From contig CAVXVB010000009.1 of NCBI GenBank assembly GCA_963765205.1, positions 1,435,936 to 1,499,935 of the forward strand: 64,000 nucleotides of DNA, given 5' to 3'. Every line of letters starts with the position of its first letter. Positions within the stretch are counted from its first letter, which is position 1. The stretch comes from an uncultured Verrucomicrobiae bacterium (GTDB taxonomy: Bacteria > Verrucomicrobiota > Verrucomicrobiia > Opitutales > JABDGR01). The notes beneath the pieces are model-generated. The model made no database searches. It was not told the DNA's origin and saw nothing but the letters and a program-made list of their open reading frames with translations. The translations under genes and the position numbers were made by a program. Below are positions 1-9,592 of the stretch, piece after piece.

Positions 1-870
1 AGCATCCTGCGGCGGCGCGGGTGGGCGGGGCGGCTGGTGATTTTGCCGGCCAAGGTGCAGGGGCGCGAGGCCGCCGGCGAAATGGCCGCGCAACTGGCGG
101 CGGCGGCGCGACTGGGCATTTTTGATTTGCTGGTAATTGGGCGCGGCGGCGGGAGCCTCGAGGACTTGTGGGCGTTCAACGAGGAGCCGCTGGTGCGCGC
201 GGTCGCGGCCTGCCCGATTCCGGTGATTTCCGCCGTGGGCCACGAGACGGATTTCACGCTGTGCGATTTCGCCGCCGACCGGCGCGCCGAGACGCCGTCC
301 GCCGCGGCCGAATTGATTTCGAGCGCGTATCTGGAGCAGGTCGAGTCTGTCAGCGCCCTCGGGCGGACGCTGCGCGATTACGCGGCGCAGGACCTCGAAC
401 GCCGCCGGGCGCGGCTGGAGCTGCTGGCGCACCGCCGCGCGGCGGCGTCGCCCCGCGAGTTGGTCGAGCAACAATTTTTGCGGCTGGATGACCTGGCCGG
501 CCGCGCGCAGGCGGCCTGGCGCGAGGCCCTGCACACGCGCCGGCACGCGCTGCAACTGGCGGCGGCGGGATTGGCCGCGCAGGCGCCGGGCCCGCGTTTG
601 CGGGTCGATCGGGCGCGCTGGCAGGCGCTGCGGCAGCGGCTGGGCCGGCTCGGCGCGACCGCGCTGGAACCACGCGAAGCCACGTTGACACATTTGAAAC
701 GCCGCCTGAAGGAGACCGATGTCGCGCGCGTGCTGGCGCGGGGTTTTGTCATTTTAGCGGACAGCGCCGGCGCGCCGGTGACGCGCCGGGCCAATCTGCA
801 TGCAGGCCAGCGCGTGCGCGCGCGTTTCCGCGACGGGGAGGCGGGATTGACAGCGGATGATGAAGGGTGA
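1..870 (+). CDS. xseA: Exodeoxyribonuclease VII large subunit, 5' truncated by the window edge
   Basis: VQG...GRGGGSLEDLWAFNEE...SAVGHETDFTLCDFAADRRAETPSAAAE and C-terminal LARGF motifs. Confidence 0.95.
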   Translation, partial: SILRRRGWAGRLVILPAKVQGREAAGEMAAQLAAAARLGIFDLLVIGRGGGSLEDLWAFNEEPLVRAVAACPIPVISAVGHETDFTLCDFAADRRAETPSAAAELISSAYLEQVESVSALGRTLRDYAAQDLERRRARLELLAHRRAAASPRELVEQQFLRLDDLAGRAQAAWREALHTRRHALQLAAAGLAAQAPGPRLRVDRARWQALRQRLGRLGATALEPREATLTHLKRRLKETDVARVLARGFVILADSAGAPVTRRANLHAGQRVRARFRDGEAGLTADDEG

Positions 871-900
871 TGCCACTTCGCAAAAGAATAGGGAGCTGGC

Positions 901-1037
901 TTAGGTCGTGTCTTCAAACTCAGGAAATTACGGACGAAAGAAGGCGCAGCAAGACTGCGCCCCTACAAGAGCGCGCCGGTTCCAATGTAGGGGCGCAGTC
1001 TTGCTGCGCCCTTCAGGGGTTTGAAGACAGAACCTAA
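901..1037. repeat. Nested inverted-repeat (REP/REPIN- or MITE-like) element
   Basis: Perfect 25-bp inner IR 943-967 / 986-1010 containing a GTAGGGGCG REP-like end; outer imperfect IR ttaggtcgtgtcttcaaac / gtttgaagacagaacctaa. Confidence 0.75.
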
Positions 1038-1160
1038 CGCTCAACTTTTAACGTTTAACGCTCAACGCTTAAGTTTAGAGAAAACAAAGATTGTTGCCCA
1101 GTGGTAAGACGGCAGTGGCTCTTATAATTGAGCGTTTAAAGTTAAGCGTTTAATGCGTTA
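1036..1160. repeat. Degenerate heptamer tandem repeats in inverted blocks
   Basis: aacgctc/aactttt/aacgttt run followed by the reverse-orientation ttgagcg/ttaagcg run. Confidence 0.6.
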
Positions 1161-1162
1161 GC

Positions 1163-1705
1163 CTAAATCGAAGCGGCCTTACTTCTGCCCTTCACCTTGC
1201 GGCTGGGCGGTTTGGCGCGGGGTTGATCGAGCAGGCGCGCGGCGAGGCGGGTGACGAGGGCGTCAATCGCGGCGAAGGTGGCAGCGGGCGAGCCGGCGTC
1301 AAGGTCGTGGACTTGCCAGTATTCCACTTGGCCGGCGTGCCGGGGAAAGCGGGCGGTGAGGATGGGGCGATGCTCGGCTTCCTTGAGGGCGACGACATGC
1401 GCGGCGGCGGCGAGGTCGCCGCGGGTCAGCGCGCGGGGTGCGGGCGCGGTGTGGGCGAGGGCAATGCCGCGCTGGAGCAGGATTTGGCGGGTAAACCGGG
1501 AGATATCATCGTCCACCAAATGGGTGGACAGGCCGCGGGAGAAGGCGCGCCAGGGCCAGGCGGCGGCGCGGGCGCGGTGGTTGAAGAGGGCTTCGGCGTA
1601 GCGACTGCGGTAATAGTTGCCCGAGCACAAAAACAGGACACGGCGCGGCGGCGCGGCGGTGGACACGCGGGGGGCGGCGGGCCGGCGGGGGGAAGACTTT
1701 TTCAC
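1163..1705 (-). CDS. Low-molecular-weight protein-tyrosine-phosphatase-like protein
   Basis: VLFLCSGNYYRSRYAE P-loop (CxxNxxRS). Confidence 0.85.
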   Translation of the reverse strand: MKKSSPRRPAAPRVSTAAPPRRVLFLCSGNYYRSRYAEALFNHRARAAAWPWRAFSRGLSTHLVDDDISRFTRQILLQRGIALAHTAPAPRALTRGDLAAAAHVVALKEAEHRPILTARFPRHAGQVEYWQVHDLDAGSPAATFAAIDALVTRLAARLLDQPRAKPPSRKVKGRSKAASI

Positions 1706-1710
1706 GGATT

Positions 1711-2334
1711 TTAGTCCTCGAGATCCTCAGGCGGCGGTGCTTCGCCCGATGCGTCATTCAGTTCCGCCGCGTGCTCTCTGGCATCCGAGGCGGGGTTCCC
1801 GTGTAATTTTTTCGCCTTGGCCAGTTCCTCCATCAAGACGTTGGCGACCGGGAGCGAACGGCGGCTGCGGCCGCGCGAGGGGCCGCCGCGCACGATTTCG
1901 GATTTCTTGGGCTGGCGGCTCAATTGCGCCCAGCGGACGAGTAAAAACAGGAGCATCATGCCGCCAAAAGACAGGGGAACGATGTAATCGAGACGGCCGC
2001 GCTGAAAGAAGCGGTCCGCCACGGTCCACCCCAGGCCGGTGGTCAGCAGCACAAGCAGGACGGCGCCGGGCCAGATGAACCGGGCCTCCTCGTAATAGAG
2101 GACGATGTGATTGCGTTGAATGGTCCACCAGCCCATGAACGCCAGGCCGATAAAAACCCCCGCGCCGGCGGCATATTCCATCCGCTCCATCTGCGGGACT
2201 TCGGCACGCGAGTTCAACACCGCCCAGGAAACAAAGGGCACCGCCATGATGGCAAAAAACAAGGTGAGGATATGCAGGGTGCGCCGGCGGACCGGCATCC
2301 CGCAAAATTTCAATTTGGTTGTTTTCCAAGGCAT
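1711..2334 (-). CDS. Membrane protein of unknown function (~4 TM)
   Basis: Four hydrophobic segments and a charged C-terminal tail. Confidence 0.7.
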   Translation of the reverse strand: MPWKTTKLKFCGMPVRRRTLHILTLFFAIMAVPFVSWAVLNSRAEVPQMERMEYAAGAGVFIGLAFMGWWTIQRNHIVLYYEEARFIWPGAVLLVLLTTGLGWTVADRFFQRGRLDYIVPLSFGGMMLLFLLVRWAQLSRQPKKSEIVRGGPSRGRSRRSLPVANVLMEELAKAKKLHGNPASDAREHAAELNDASGEAPPPEDLED

Positions 2335-2614
2335 GGGACACCCCGGCTATGCGCCGGGCCAGGAGCGGACCACAACGCGGGGATGAATAATTGAAACAAA
2401 AATCGCAGATTTGCCGAGACAATAAAAGGAGGGCCGCGCGGAGAGGTCGCACACCGAGGTGAAAACATCGCCTAAGTTGTTGTTTAAAAATACCTTGTGC
2501 GTCCATCGGCCAGTTCCTGCAAATCATGCTCGATGGATATTGCCTGGCCGGGAGGACGAGAAAGAGAAAGAATGGGCTTGGCCAACGCAACTCGTTGCCG
2601 AGAATGGTGTTTAT

Positions 2615-3250
2615 ATGTTTGATATGTTCAACGCTTCTGCTGCATCGCTCCCCGGATGGCTGGCGGCCCATGCCGAACAGACCGTGCCGGCTGGCGACCA
2701 AACCCCCGCGCGCGATGAGGATGCGGAGTTGATGATGGCAGTGGCCCAGGGCGATGAATCGGCGCTGGCCCAGCTCATCCGCAAGTGGCAGGGGCCGCTG
2801 ATCAATTTCTTTTACCGCTCGCTGGGCTCGGTTGAGCAGGCGGAGGATCTTACGCAGTTAGTATTCGTGCGCATTTACCGGGCGGCCGACAAATACCAGC
2901 CGGTGGCCCGGTTCTCGACTTACCTTTTCCATATCGCCCGGCGCTTGCTCATCAACGAGTTCCGCCGACGCCAGCGGAAACCCCTCGAAACGATGGATCC
3001 GGCCGAGTTGCGGGCGGTGGATACGTCATCGGGGCGCGACCAGCAGCGGATGTTCGAGCTGGAAGAGGCCTTCCAGCAGGCGTTGACCAAGCTGACCGAG
3101 GACCAGCGCACCGCCATCCTCCTGTTGAAGCAGCAGGAGTTGAGTTACGAGGAAATCGCCGAAACCATGAACCAATCGGTGGCCGCCGTGAAGACTCATA
3201 TTTTCCGCGGCCGCCAGAAGTTGAAGGAAGTTTTACGAAAGATCATGTAA
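2615..3250 (+). CDS. ECF RNA polymerase sigma factor (start uncertain)
   Basis: AEDLTQLVF, FSTYLFHIARR, LSYEEIAE...VKTHIFRGR (regions 2 and 4). Confidence 0.9.
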   Translation: MFDMFNASAASLPGWLAAHAEQTVPAGDQTPARDEDAELMMAVAQGDESALAQLIRKWQGPLINFFYRSLGSVEQAEDLTQLVFVRIYRAADKYQPVARFSTYLFHIARRLLINEFRRRQRKPLETMDPAELRAVDTSSGRDQQRMFELEEAFQQALTKLTEDQRTAILLLKQQELSYEEIAETMNQSVAAVKTHIFRGRQKLKEVLRKIM

Positions 3251-3335
3251 ACTTTTTCGCCCAATCCGGGGTTAAACAGTCATCTTGGCATAATCTTGGC
3301 TTCACAAGCCCCCATAACCTATTTATACTTTCGTC

Positions 3336-3974
3336 ATGAATCCACCCACCAACCACTCCCACTCCGATATGGAGGAGCATTTTGAGGCTTGGCTGGCCAG
3401 CCAGCCGCTGACGCCCGCACCGGACTTCGTCGCCCGCACTCTTGCGCGCATCCGGGCCAAGACGGCCTTGGTTGCCTCCGCCAAAGCAGGCGATGACGCG
3501 GCCTTGGATTCCCTGTTGGATCGCTGGCTGGGTGAATCACCGCTGGAGCCGGACTTTGAGCCCGCCCAATTGGCGACCTTGACGCGCCGCACCGCCCTCC
3601 ACGACGAAGAAGAGGAAGCCGACGTGCAAGAGGCCCCGCGGCGCTGGGCGATTCCGTTCCCCGCGTGGGCGCGTTCCGCCGTCGCGCTGGCGGCGGCGGC
3701 TTCGGTGGCGCTGTTGGCCTACTTTAGCACAACGGGCACGCCCGTCGGCAATGTGGCAGCGACTGCGGAGCAACCATCCAGCCCGAAAGTGGCCCAAGTG
3801 AACATGGATGCCACCGACGATTCTTCCCTGCCTGTTCCCGGGTCGGAAGCCTACGATCCGAGCACCCTTTCGAAACTTAACGATGTCGTCAAGGACGGCA
3901 CCGTGCTGTTGAATCCCGATGTGGCGGGGCAACTGCCCGGCGCCGACCCGAGCGACAGTGATTCGGCCCTCTAA
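3336..3974 (+). CDS. Probable single-TM anti-sigma factor
   Basis: Directly downstream of the ECF sigma; P.PDFVARTL motif; one TM segment. Confidence 0.65.
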   Translation: MNPPTNHSHSDMEEHFEAWLASQPLTPAPDFVARTLARIRAKTALVASAKAGDDAALDSLLDRWLGESPLEPDFEPAQLATLTRRTALHDEEEEADVQEAPRRWAIPFPAWARSAVALAAAASVALLAYFSTTGTPVGNVAATAEQPSSPKVAQVNMDATDDSSLPVPGSEAYDPSTLSKLNDVVKDGTVLLNPDVAGQLPGADPSDSDSAL

Positions 3975-4704
3975 GCAAGGTTTTGTGTTTTTTCTTCTTC
4001 ACCATGGCCGCAGGCGCGGGAGCGCCGGGGCCGCCGTTCTGATTTTAGCGGCGGCAGGATGGGTGACAGCGATGGCTGCGGATGATTCGTCCAGCGCGCC
4101 GGCGGCAAGTTCCGCGAACGCGGCGGTTGGCAGTGACACCGCTAATGGCGCGACGCCAGCCCCCGCCGCAAACTCGGCGGCCAACACGGATCTGGCCCCG
4201 AATGAACTGGCGGATCTCGAAGGCTTTCTGCGCCTGCCCTCGGATCGCATCACCCAATTGCGCAAGGCGCTGGATTATCTTGATAGCATGACCCAACTCC
4301 AACGCGACGCGTTGTTGCGCGACGTGCAAGCCCGCCAAAACAGCATCCGGCAGTTGCGCCAGGAAATCACCGGGGATTTGCAACAGCTTTCCCCGTCTGA
4401 TCGCAGCATTCTCGATCGTTACGAGGTGACGATGCTGTTTCCCGTGGCCATCCAAAATCTGATCAAACGCTTTCAAGACGCCGGCCCGGATGCGAAAACG
4501 CGTCAGGCCATCATTCAAGAAATGCTGAAAGACGCGGCGGACAACGGCATCAAAGCCGCGCCACCGACCCGGCTAGGCAACGGTGCGCGCAGCAATTCCA
4601 CCAACCCAAACCGAGAACGAGCCTCCCCGGATAATGGACGGGCCGGACATTCGCCGCCGTCAGCCAACAGCTCCGCGCCGGCGAGCACGACCGCCAGCCC
4701 CTAA
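3919..4704 (+). CDS. Exported helical protein of the ECF locus (DUF3106-like; true start probably downstream)
   Basis: Signal/TM-like segment, Ala/Ser linker, LSPSDR-type helical repeats; third gene of the sigma locus. Confidence 0.5.
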   Translation: MWRGNCPAPTRATVIRPSKQGFVFFLLHHGRRRGSAGAAVLILAAAGWVTAMAADDSSSAPAASSANAAVGSDTANGATPAPAANSAANTDLAPNELADLEGFLRLPSDRITQLRKALDYLDSMTQLQRDALLRDVQARQNSIRQLRQEITGDLQQLSPSDRSILDRYEVTMLFPVAIQNLIKRFQDAGPDAKTRQAIIQEMLKDAADNGIKAAPPTRLGNGARSNSTNPNRERASPDNGRAGHSPPSANSSAPASTTASP

Positions 4705-4721
4705 ACCACCGGACGAGCAGG

Positions 4722-4991
4722 TTACTTTTTCCCTGGGCTGGGTGTGAGGACTTTGGCCATGTCGCTCTTGGCGTGGGCGGCTTTGTTGGCGTGAATCACG
4801 CCGGTCTTGGCCGCCTTGTCCATGGCTGACACATAGGCGCGGGCGATGTCGCGCGCGGCGGTGGGGTCATTCGCAACGGCGGCGCGCGCCTGCCTGGCGA
4901 GCGATTTTAGACGCGTGACCACCGCCTGGTTGCGCGCGGTGCGCCGGGTGGTTTTGCGGATGTTTTTCTTGGCGGACTTGGTATTAGCCAT
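4722..4991 (-). CDS. rpsT: 30S ribosomal protein S20
   Basis: MANTKSAKKNIRKT...DKAAKTGVIHANKAA. Confidence 0.97.
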   Translation of the reverse strand: MANTKSAKKNIRKTTRRTARNQAVVTRLKSLARQARAAVANDPTAARDIARAYVSAMDKAAKTGVIHANKAAHAKSDMAKVLTPSPGKK

Positions 4992-5072
4992 GCGGAAAGT
5001 ATCGTTGGTAAACGAGCCATCGTGTTCACCCGCGCTCGCTTGTCAACGGCAATTACCCGTAGGGTGGACGGT

Positions 5073-8000
5073 TCACGCCTCGCCCCAGCCGCCACCGCCG
5101 GGAGTTTCAATAGTGAGTATGTCTCCGGGGCGGGCCTCGAAATGGGCGAGAGCGGCCAGTGTTTCCTTGCGGCCATCGGCATGGTGCAGAATTTGCCGGC
5201 CCGGTGCTCCGGGCAAGCCACCCGCCACGCCATCCGGCCCGCTGGCGCGGCGCTGGGTGAGCAGGGAAACACTCTGTGGAGCGAGAAATTCCAGTTCGCG
5301 CACCAAGCCGTCGCCACCGCACCACTTCCCCACCCCGCCCGAACCGCGCCGCACGGCGAACCGGCGCAACCGCACGGGATATCGCCGTTCCAGAATTTCC
5401 GGGTCGGTGATGGCCGTGTTGGTCATGTGGACATGCACCGCCGATGCTCCGGCAAACCTCGGCCCTGCGCCAGCGCCACCGCCGATGGTTTCATAATAGC
5501 CGCGCGTGGCATCGCCAAAGACGAGATTGTTCATCGTGCCCTGGCTGCACGCCACGCGCCCAAAGGCAAGCAACAAGGCATCCACCACGCGCTGGCTCGT
5601 CTCGACATTGCCGCCGGCCACGGCGGGGTCGCGCGCAGCCTCACCGGTGAAAGACGGATTGAGCAGACCCAGCGGCAAAATCATTTCGACGGGTTCGAGC
5701 AAGCCTTCGTTGAGCGGCAAATCGCCCCCGGCCAGGAGGCGCAGCACATATAACACGGCGGCGCGCGCAATTGCCGGCGGCGCATTCAGGCCGTGCGGAT
5801 GCACGCCGCCCGTGCCGGAAAAATCCACGCGCAAATGACCATCGTCTATTGTGAGGGAAACGCGGATGGGGGTGCGGTCGTCGAAAAATTGTTCGGCCAG
5901 TCGCGGCCCGGTCGGCTCCGCGCGCAAGCATTCCGTGAGCAAGGCCGCAGCGTGCGCACGTAAATCGTCCATCGCCTGCGCCACGCGTGCCGCACCGTGC
6001 CGGGCGGCCAGTTGCCGCAGAAGGCGAGCGCCGAGGACGTTGGCCGCGACTTGCGCGCGCGTATCGGCCAAATTGTCTTCGAGCCGCCGCGTAGGCCAGG
6101 GCGCGTCGCACAAACGACGCGCGAGTTCGGAAAAATTTTCCCGCCCGGCGGCAAACAAAAGAAATGGTTCGAGCACGACGCCCTCCTCGGCCAAGTGGCG
6201 CGCGCCCGGCGGCATTGAGCCGGGCCGCGTGCCGCCAATTTCCGCGTGGTGCGCGCGGCTGGCGGCGTAGCCGAGGCGCCGGCCTTGGTCATCGAAGATT
6301 GGTGTAATGACGGTCACGTCGGGCAAATGCGAACCGCCGAAGGCTGGGTGGTTCGTGATCGCCACGTCGCCGGGGCGCAGGGGCAGTCGCTGCTCGACCA
6401 GGCGCACACACAAACCGAGCGCACCCAAATGCACCGGAATGTTCGGAGCATTGGCGACGAGACGGCCCGCGACGTCGAGCAAGCCGCAGGAAAAATCAAG
6501 CCGTTCTTTGACGTTGGTCGAGAGCGCCGTGCGCTGCAATTGCGTGCCCATGGCCTCGACGAGCGCGCGAAAGCGCTGCGTGAAAAGCTCGCGTTCAACC
6601 ACGACGGGCGCGGCGGCGCGGGATATTTTCGGCGCGGTAGTGTGTTCGAGCAAAATCGAACCGTGCGTGCCGACGCGGCCCGACCAGCCGGGCTCGATGA
6701 CCAGCGTGCAGGACGAATCGGCAACCAGCGCGGGGCCGAAAAGTTTTTCTCCCGGCTGCAGTTCCACGCGGTCGAAAACGGGTGTGTCTTGCCACACGCC
6801 GTCGTGCCAGAGCGGTTGAGAATTTTGGGCGAGGGCAGCGGCTCCCCCGGAAAAAATTTCCTTCAGCGGCGCAACCGGCGTTGAGCCGACCACCACGCGC
6901 AATACGGTCACTTCGAGATCGCCGTGGGGCGGGTAGCCAAAAACTTCCGCAAAGCGCTCGGTGAACGCAGCGCGCAGATTGACACCTGGTGGCGCCTCGA
7001 TGGTCAGCGCGGCTTCCTGCCCGGCGAAGCGCAGGGCGGCCTGGCGGCGCGGCGGGATGGTGGGTGATAAATTTTCCTCGTCGCGTAATCGCTCGATGGC
7101 TTCGTGTTCCAGTTCGCGCCAAAGCGGCTCAAGCGCTGCGCCGTCGCCGTCCAACAAAGTCATGATTTGGCGCGTGGCGATGCGCTCAATGGCGGCGTGG
7201 CCCAGCCCACGCGCGCTCAAATGGCCGGCTTCGGTGGGAAACAAAATCCGCGTCACGCCAAGATGTTCCGCGACCGCGCAAGCGTGCTGCCCGCCCGCGC
7301 CACCGAAGGCCGCCAGCGCATATTCCGCAGGCGCGTAGCCCTCACGCACGCTGATGCGCCGGATGGCGTCGGCCATGCGCTCGTTGGTGATGTCGAGAAA
7401 GCCTTGCAGCAATGATTCGGCGGACGGCGCCTGGCCATCGGCTGCGGACGCGAGTTGGGCGCGCAATTCCTCCAGCCGCGCGCGGGCGGCCTCCGGCCGG
7501 ACGGGCAGGCCGAAATGCCGGGAATCGAGCCGGCCCAGGAGTAAGTTCACGTCCGTAATGGTCAGCGGGCCGCCCGCACCATAGCAAGCCGGACCAGGCT
7601 GCGCGCCCGCGCTGTCCGGCCCGACAAAAAGCGCACCCGCGCGCGAACCGCAAATCGAGCCACCGCCCGCGGCAACCGACTCAATTTTTAAGGCTGGCGC
7701 GAGCAGCACGGCACTGCCCACGGTGTGCGTGGACTGGTATTCCAGCTCGCCGTCCCAGCGGGCGACATCGGTGCTCGTACCGCCCATGTCAAATGTCAGC
7801 ACGCGCGCCAGGCCTGCGGTGCGCGCCGCGGTGACCGCGCCGACCAAGCCGCCCGCCGGGCCGCTCAATAATGTGTCGCACGGGCGGCAGGCGGCGCGCG
7901 CGACCAACCCGCCCGCGCTGGTCATCACCCGCAGGCGGCTGCCGCCGAGGCTGCGTGCCACGCCATCGAAGTAGGCGTCCAACACCGGCGCAAGCGCGGC

Positions 8001-8885
8001 GTTGATGACGGCGGTTTGCGCGCGGGGCAAAATTTTGACGAAGGGCGCGAGTTGCGCCGATTGGCTGACGTGCGCAAAACCGGCGGCTTGCAATAATTTG
8101 GCCACTTGTTGCTCAGGCACGGGGTTGAGGTCGGCGTGCAATAACGCCACGGCGGCCACAGCGCCGGGCGGCCAGTTTTTTCTGGCGGCGGCGAGGCGCG
8201 CGCGCAATTCGTTTTCGTCGAGCGCCCGCACGACCGCGCCGTGGGCGTCCAGGCGCTCGGGGACTTCGACCACCCAGCGCGCAAGGGACGGCGGCTTGAC
8301 AATGTGGAGCGCGAACAAATCAGGCCGGCGCTGGTCGCCGATTTCGAGCAAATCGCCGAAGCCTTCGGTGACGAAAAAAAACACGGGTGCGCCACGGTCT
8401 TCGAGCAGGGCGTTGGTGCCGCGGGTGGTGGCGAGTCGCATGGTCAGCGGCGGCAGCGGCGCGCGGCGGGGCGTGCGGGTAAGCACGCGCGCGCCGAGCA
8501 CGGGCGCCTCCTCGCCGGAATCGAGGGTGAGCAGCGTGCCGGGAGCCCAATCGGCGGGCGCGGGCAAAGCAAGGTGGATGGTGCGGGTGCGGGCGTTAAA
8601 GCCGGTAATTTCCAACGTAGGATTTTTCGCCCGCGCGGCGGCCACGGTAAAGCCCGCGAAAAAGTCCTCCGGCCAATCGCCGGGCGGTAGTTCGAGGCGA
8701 AGCTCTTGTGCGCCGGGGCGCGCGGCGACCGTGGCGCGGATGGTGCCGGTCGAAAGCACCTTCGCCCGATGCCAGCGGCCCGCCGGGTCGCGCCCGAGGC
8801 AGTCGGTAAACGTTCCACCCGTGTCAGCGAGGATTTCCCACATCGCGGAGGAAAGGGCTGGGCGCTGGCTGGAGTTTGCGTTCAC
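5073..8885 (-). CDS. Fused hydantoinase A/B / 5-oxoprolinase family protein
   Basis: DTGGTFTD, LSGPAGG, DMGGTSTDV, AAGGGSI, STNVKERLDFSC, SQGTMNN, HMTNT, TPGGGGWG. Confidence 0.95.
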   Translation of the reverse strand: MNANSSQRPALSSAMWEILADTGGTFTDCLGRDPAGRWHRAKVLSTGTIRATVAARPGAQELRLELPPGDWPEDFFAGFTVAAARAKNPTLEITGFNARTRTIHLALPAPADWAPGTLLTLDSGEEAPVLGARVLTRTPRRAPLPPLTMRLATTRGTNALLEDRGAPVFFFVTEGFGDLLEIGDQRRPDLFALHIVKPPSLARWVVEVPERLDAHGAVVRALDENELRARLAAARKNWPPGAVAAVALLHADLNPVPEQQVAKLLQAAGFAHVSQSAQLAPFVKILPRAQTAVINAALAPVLDAYFDGVARSLGGSRLRVMTSAGGLVARAACRPCDTLLSGPAGGLVGAVTAARTAGLARVLTFDMGGTSTDVARWDGELEYQSTHTVGSAVLLAPALKIESVAAGGGSICGSRAGALFVGPDSAGAQPGPACYGAGGPLTITDVNLLLGRLDSRHFGLPVRPEAARARLEELRAQLASAADGQAPSAESLLQGFLDITNERMADAIRRISVREGYAPAEYALAAFGGAGGQHACAVAEHLGVTRILFPTEAGHLSARGLGHAAIERIATRQIMTLLDGDGAALEPLWRELEHEAIERLRDEENLSPTIPPRRQAALRFAGQEAALTIEAPPGVNLRAAFTERFAEVFGYPPHGDLEVTVLRVVVGSTPVAPLKEIFSGGAAALAQNSQPLWHDGVWQDTPVFDRVELQPGEKLFGPALVADSSCTLVIEPGWSGRVGTHGSILLEHTTAPKISRAAAPVVVERELFTQRFRALVEAMGTQLQRTALSTNVKERLDFSCGLLDVAGRLVANAPNIPVHLGALGLCVRLVEQRLPLRPGDVAITNHPAFGGSHLPDVTVITPIFDDQGRRLGYAASRAHHAEIGGTRPGSMPPGARHLAEEGVVLEPFLLFAAGRENFSELARRLCDAPWPTRRLEDNLADTRAQVAANVLGARLLRQLAARHGAARVAQAMDDLRAHAAALLTECLRAEPTGPRLAEQFFDDRTPIRVSLTIDDGHLRVDFSGTGGVHPHGLNAPPAIARAAVLYVLRLLAGGDLPLNEGLLEPVEMILPLGLLNPSFTGEAARDPAVAGGNVETSQRVVDALLLAFGRVACSQGTMNNLVFGDATRGYYETIGGGAGAGPRFAGASAVHVHMTNTAITDPEILERRYPVRLRRFAVRRGSGGVGKWCGGDGLVRELEFLAPQSVSLLTQRRASGPDGVAGGLPGAPGRQILHHADGRKETLAALAHFEARPGDILTIETPGGGGWGEA

Positions 8886-9565
8886 ATTCCCGAATACGCG
8901 ATGACTTCCAGAACTGCCTGCTGGATTTCGGCGATGGCGCGGGCCAGTGCCTGCACGATGAAATCCAGGCGGGAAATTTGCTTGATGCGCTCGGCATACT
9001 GGTCAACTTCCGCCGGCGTGAAGACGACGGTGTCGAGGTCGCAGGCGTCCATGAGGCCGATGAGCACGACGTCCTGCGGATCGGGGATTTCGCCGGGCGT
9101 GAGGACGATCTGGCGGATGCGGGCGCGCACCTCGGTCTCTTCGGTGGCGTCCACCACGGGGTAGCGGCGCTCGCGCAGCGCCCAGAAAAAGCTTTTCTCC
9201 TGCTGCTGGAGGATGCCCTTGCGCACGAGATCAGCGAAAAGGAGTTCCTTGATCGGGCCGGTCTTGAGGGCGATGCGGGCGAGCGCCTTTTGGATGGTCA
9301 TCTCCGGCTCACCCTGCGGCAGGCTGGCCAGCGCCAGGTCGAGAACGGCGTCGCCGGTGGGGCTGGCGTTCTGGATTTGCAACTGGGTGGCGTCGGTGTC
9401 GAGCCGGTCCAGCAAGGCGAGTTCGGCGAGGAGGGCGCCGGCGAGGGCGAACTCAAGGGCGCGCTCGGGCAGCGCGTGCAGCCGCCCGGTTTTTTCATCG
9501 AGCGCGAGCAGGAGGATTTCTTCGGAAATGCGGAGCACGGCGACATTGTGGAAGCGCGCACGCAA
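8882..9565 (-). CDS. GOLPH3/GPP34 family protein (start uncertain)
   Basis: ISEEILLLALDE, LAGALLAELAL, RRYP motifs. Confidence 0.85.
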   Translation of the reverse strand: MRARFHNVAVLRISEEILLLALDEKTGRLHALPERALEFALAGALLAELALLDRLDTDATQLQIQNASPTGDAVLDLALASLPQGEPEMTIQKALARIALKTGPIKELLFADLVRKGILQQQEKSFFWALRERRYPVVDATEETEVRARIRQIVLTPGEIPDPQDVVLIGLMDACDLDTVVFTPAEVDQYAERIKQISRLDFIVQALARAIAEIQQAVLEVIAYSGM

Positions 9566-9592
9566 AAGGCAAACCGCATTTCCAAATAGTAT

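Noticed and set aside
901..1160. CRISPR array
   Set aside because: Repeats are inverted or very short tandem units with no regular spacers; no cas genes seen.
5022..8904. Many long overlapping ORFs across the oxoprolinase and other GC-rich genes
   Set aside because: Shadow ORFs typical of high-GC DNA, with no recognisable motifs.
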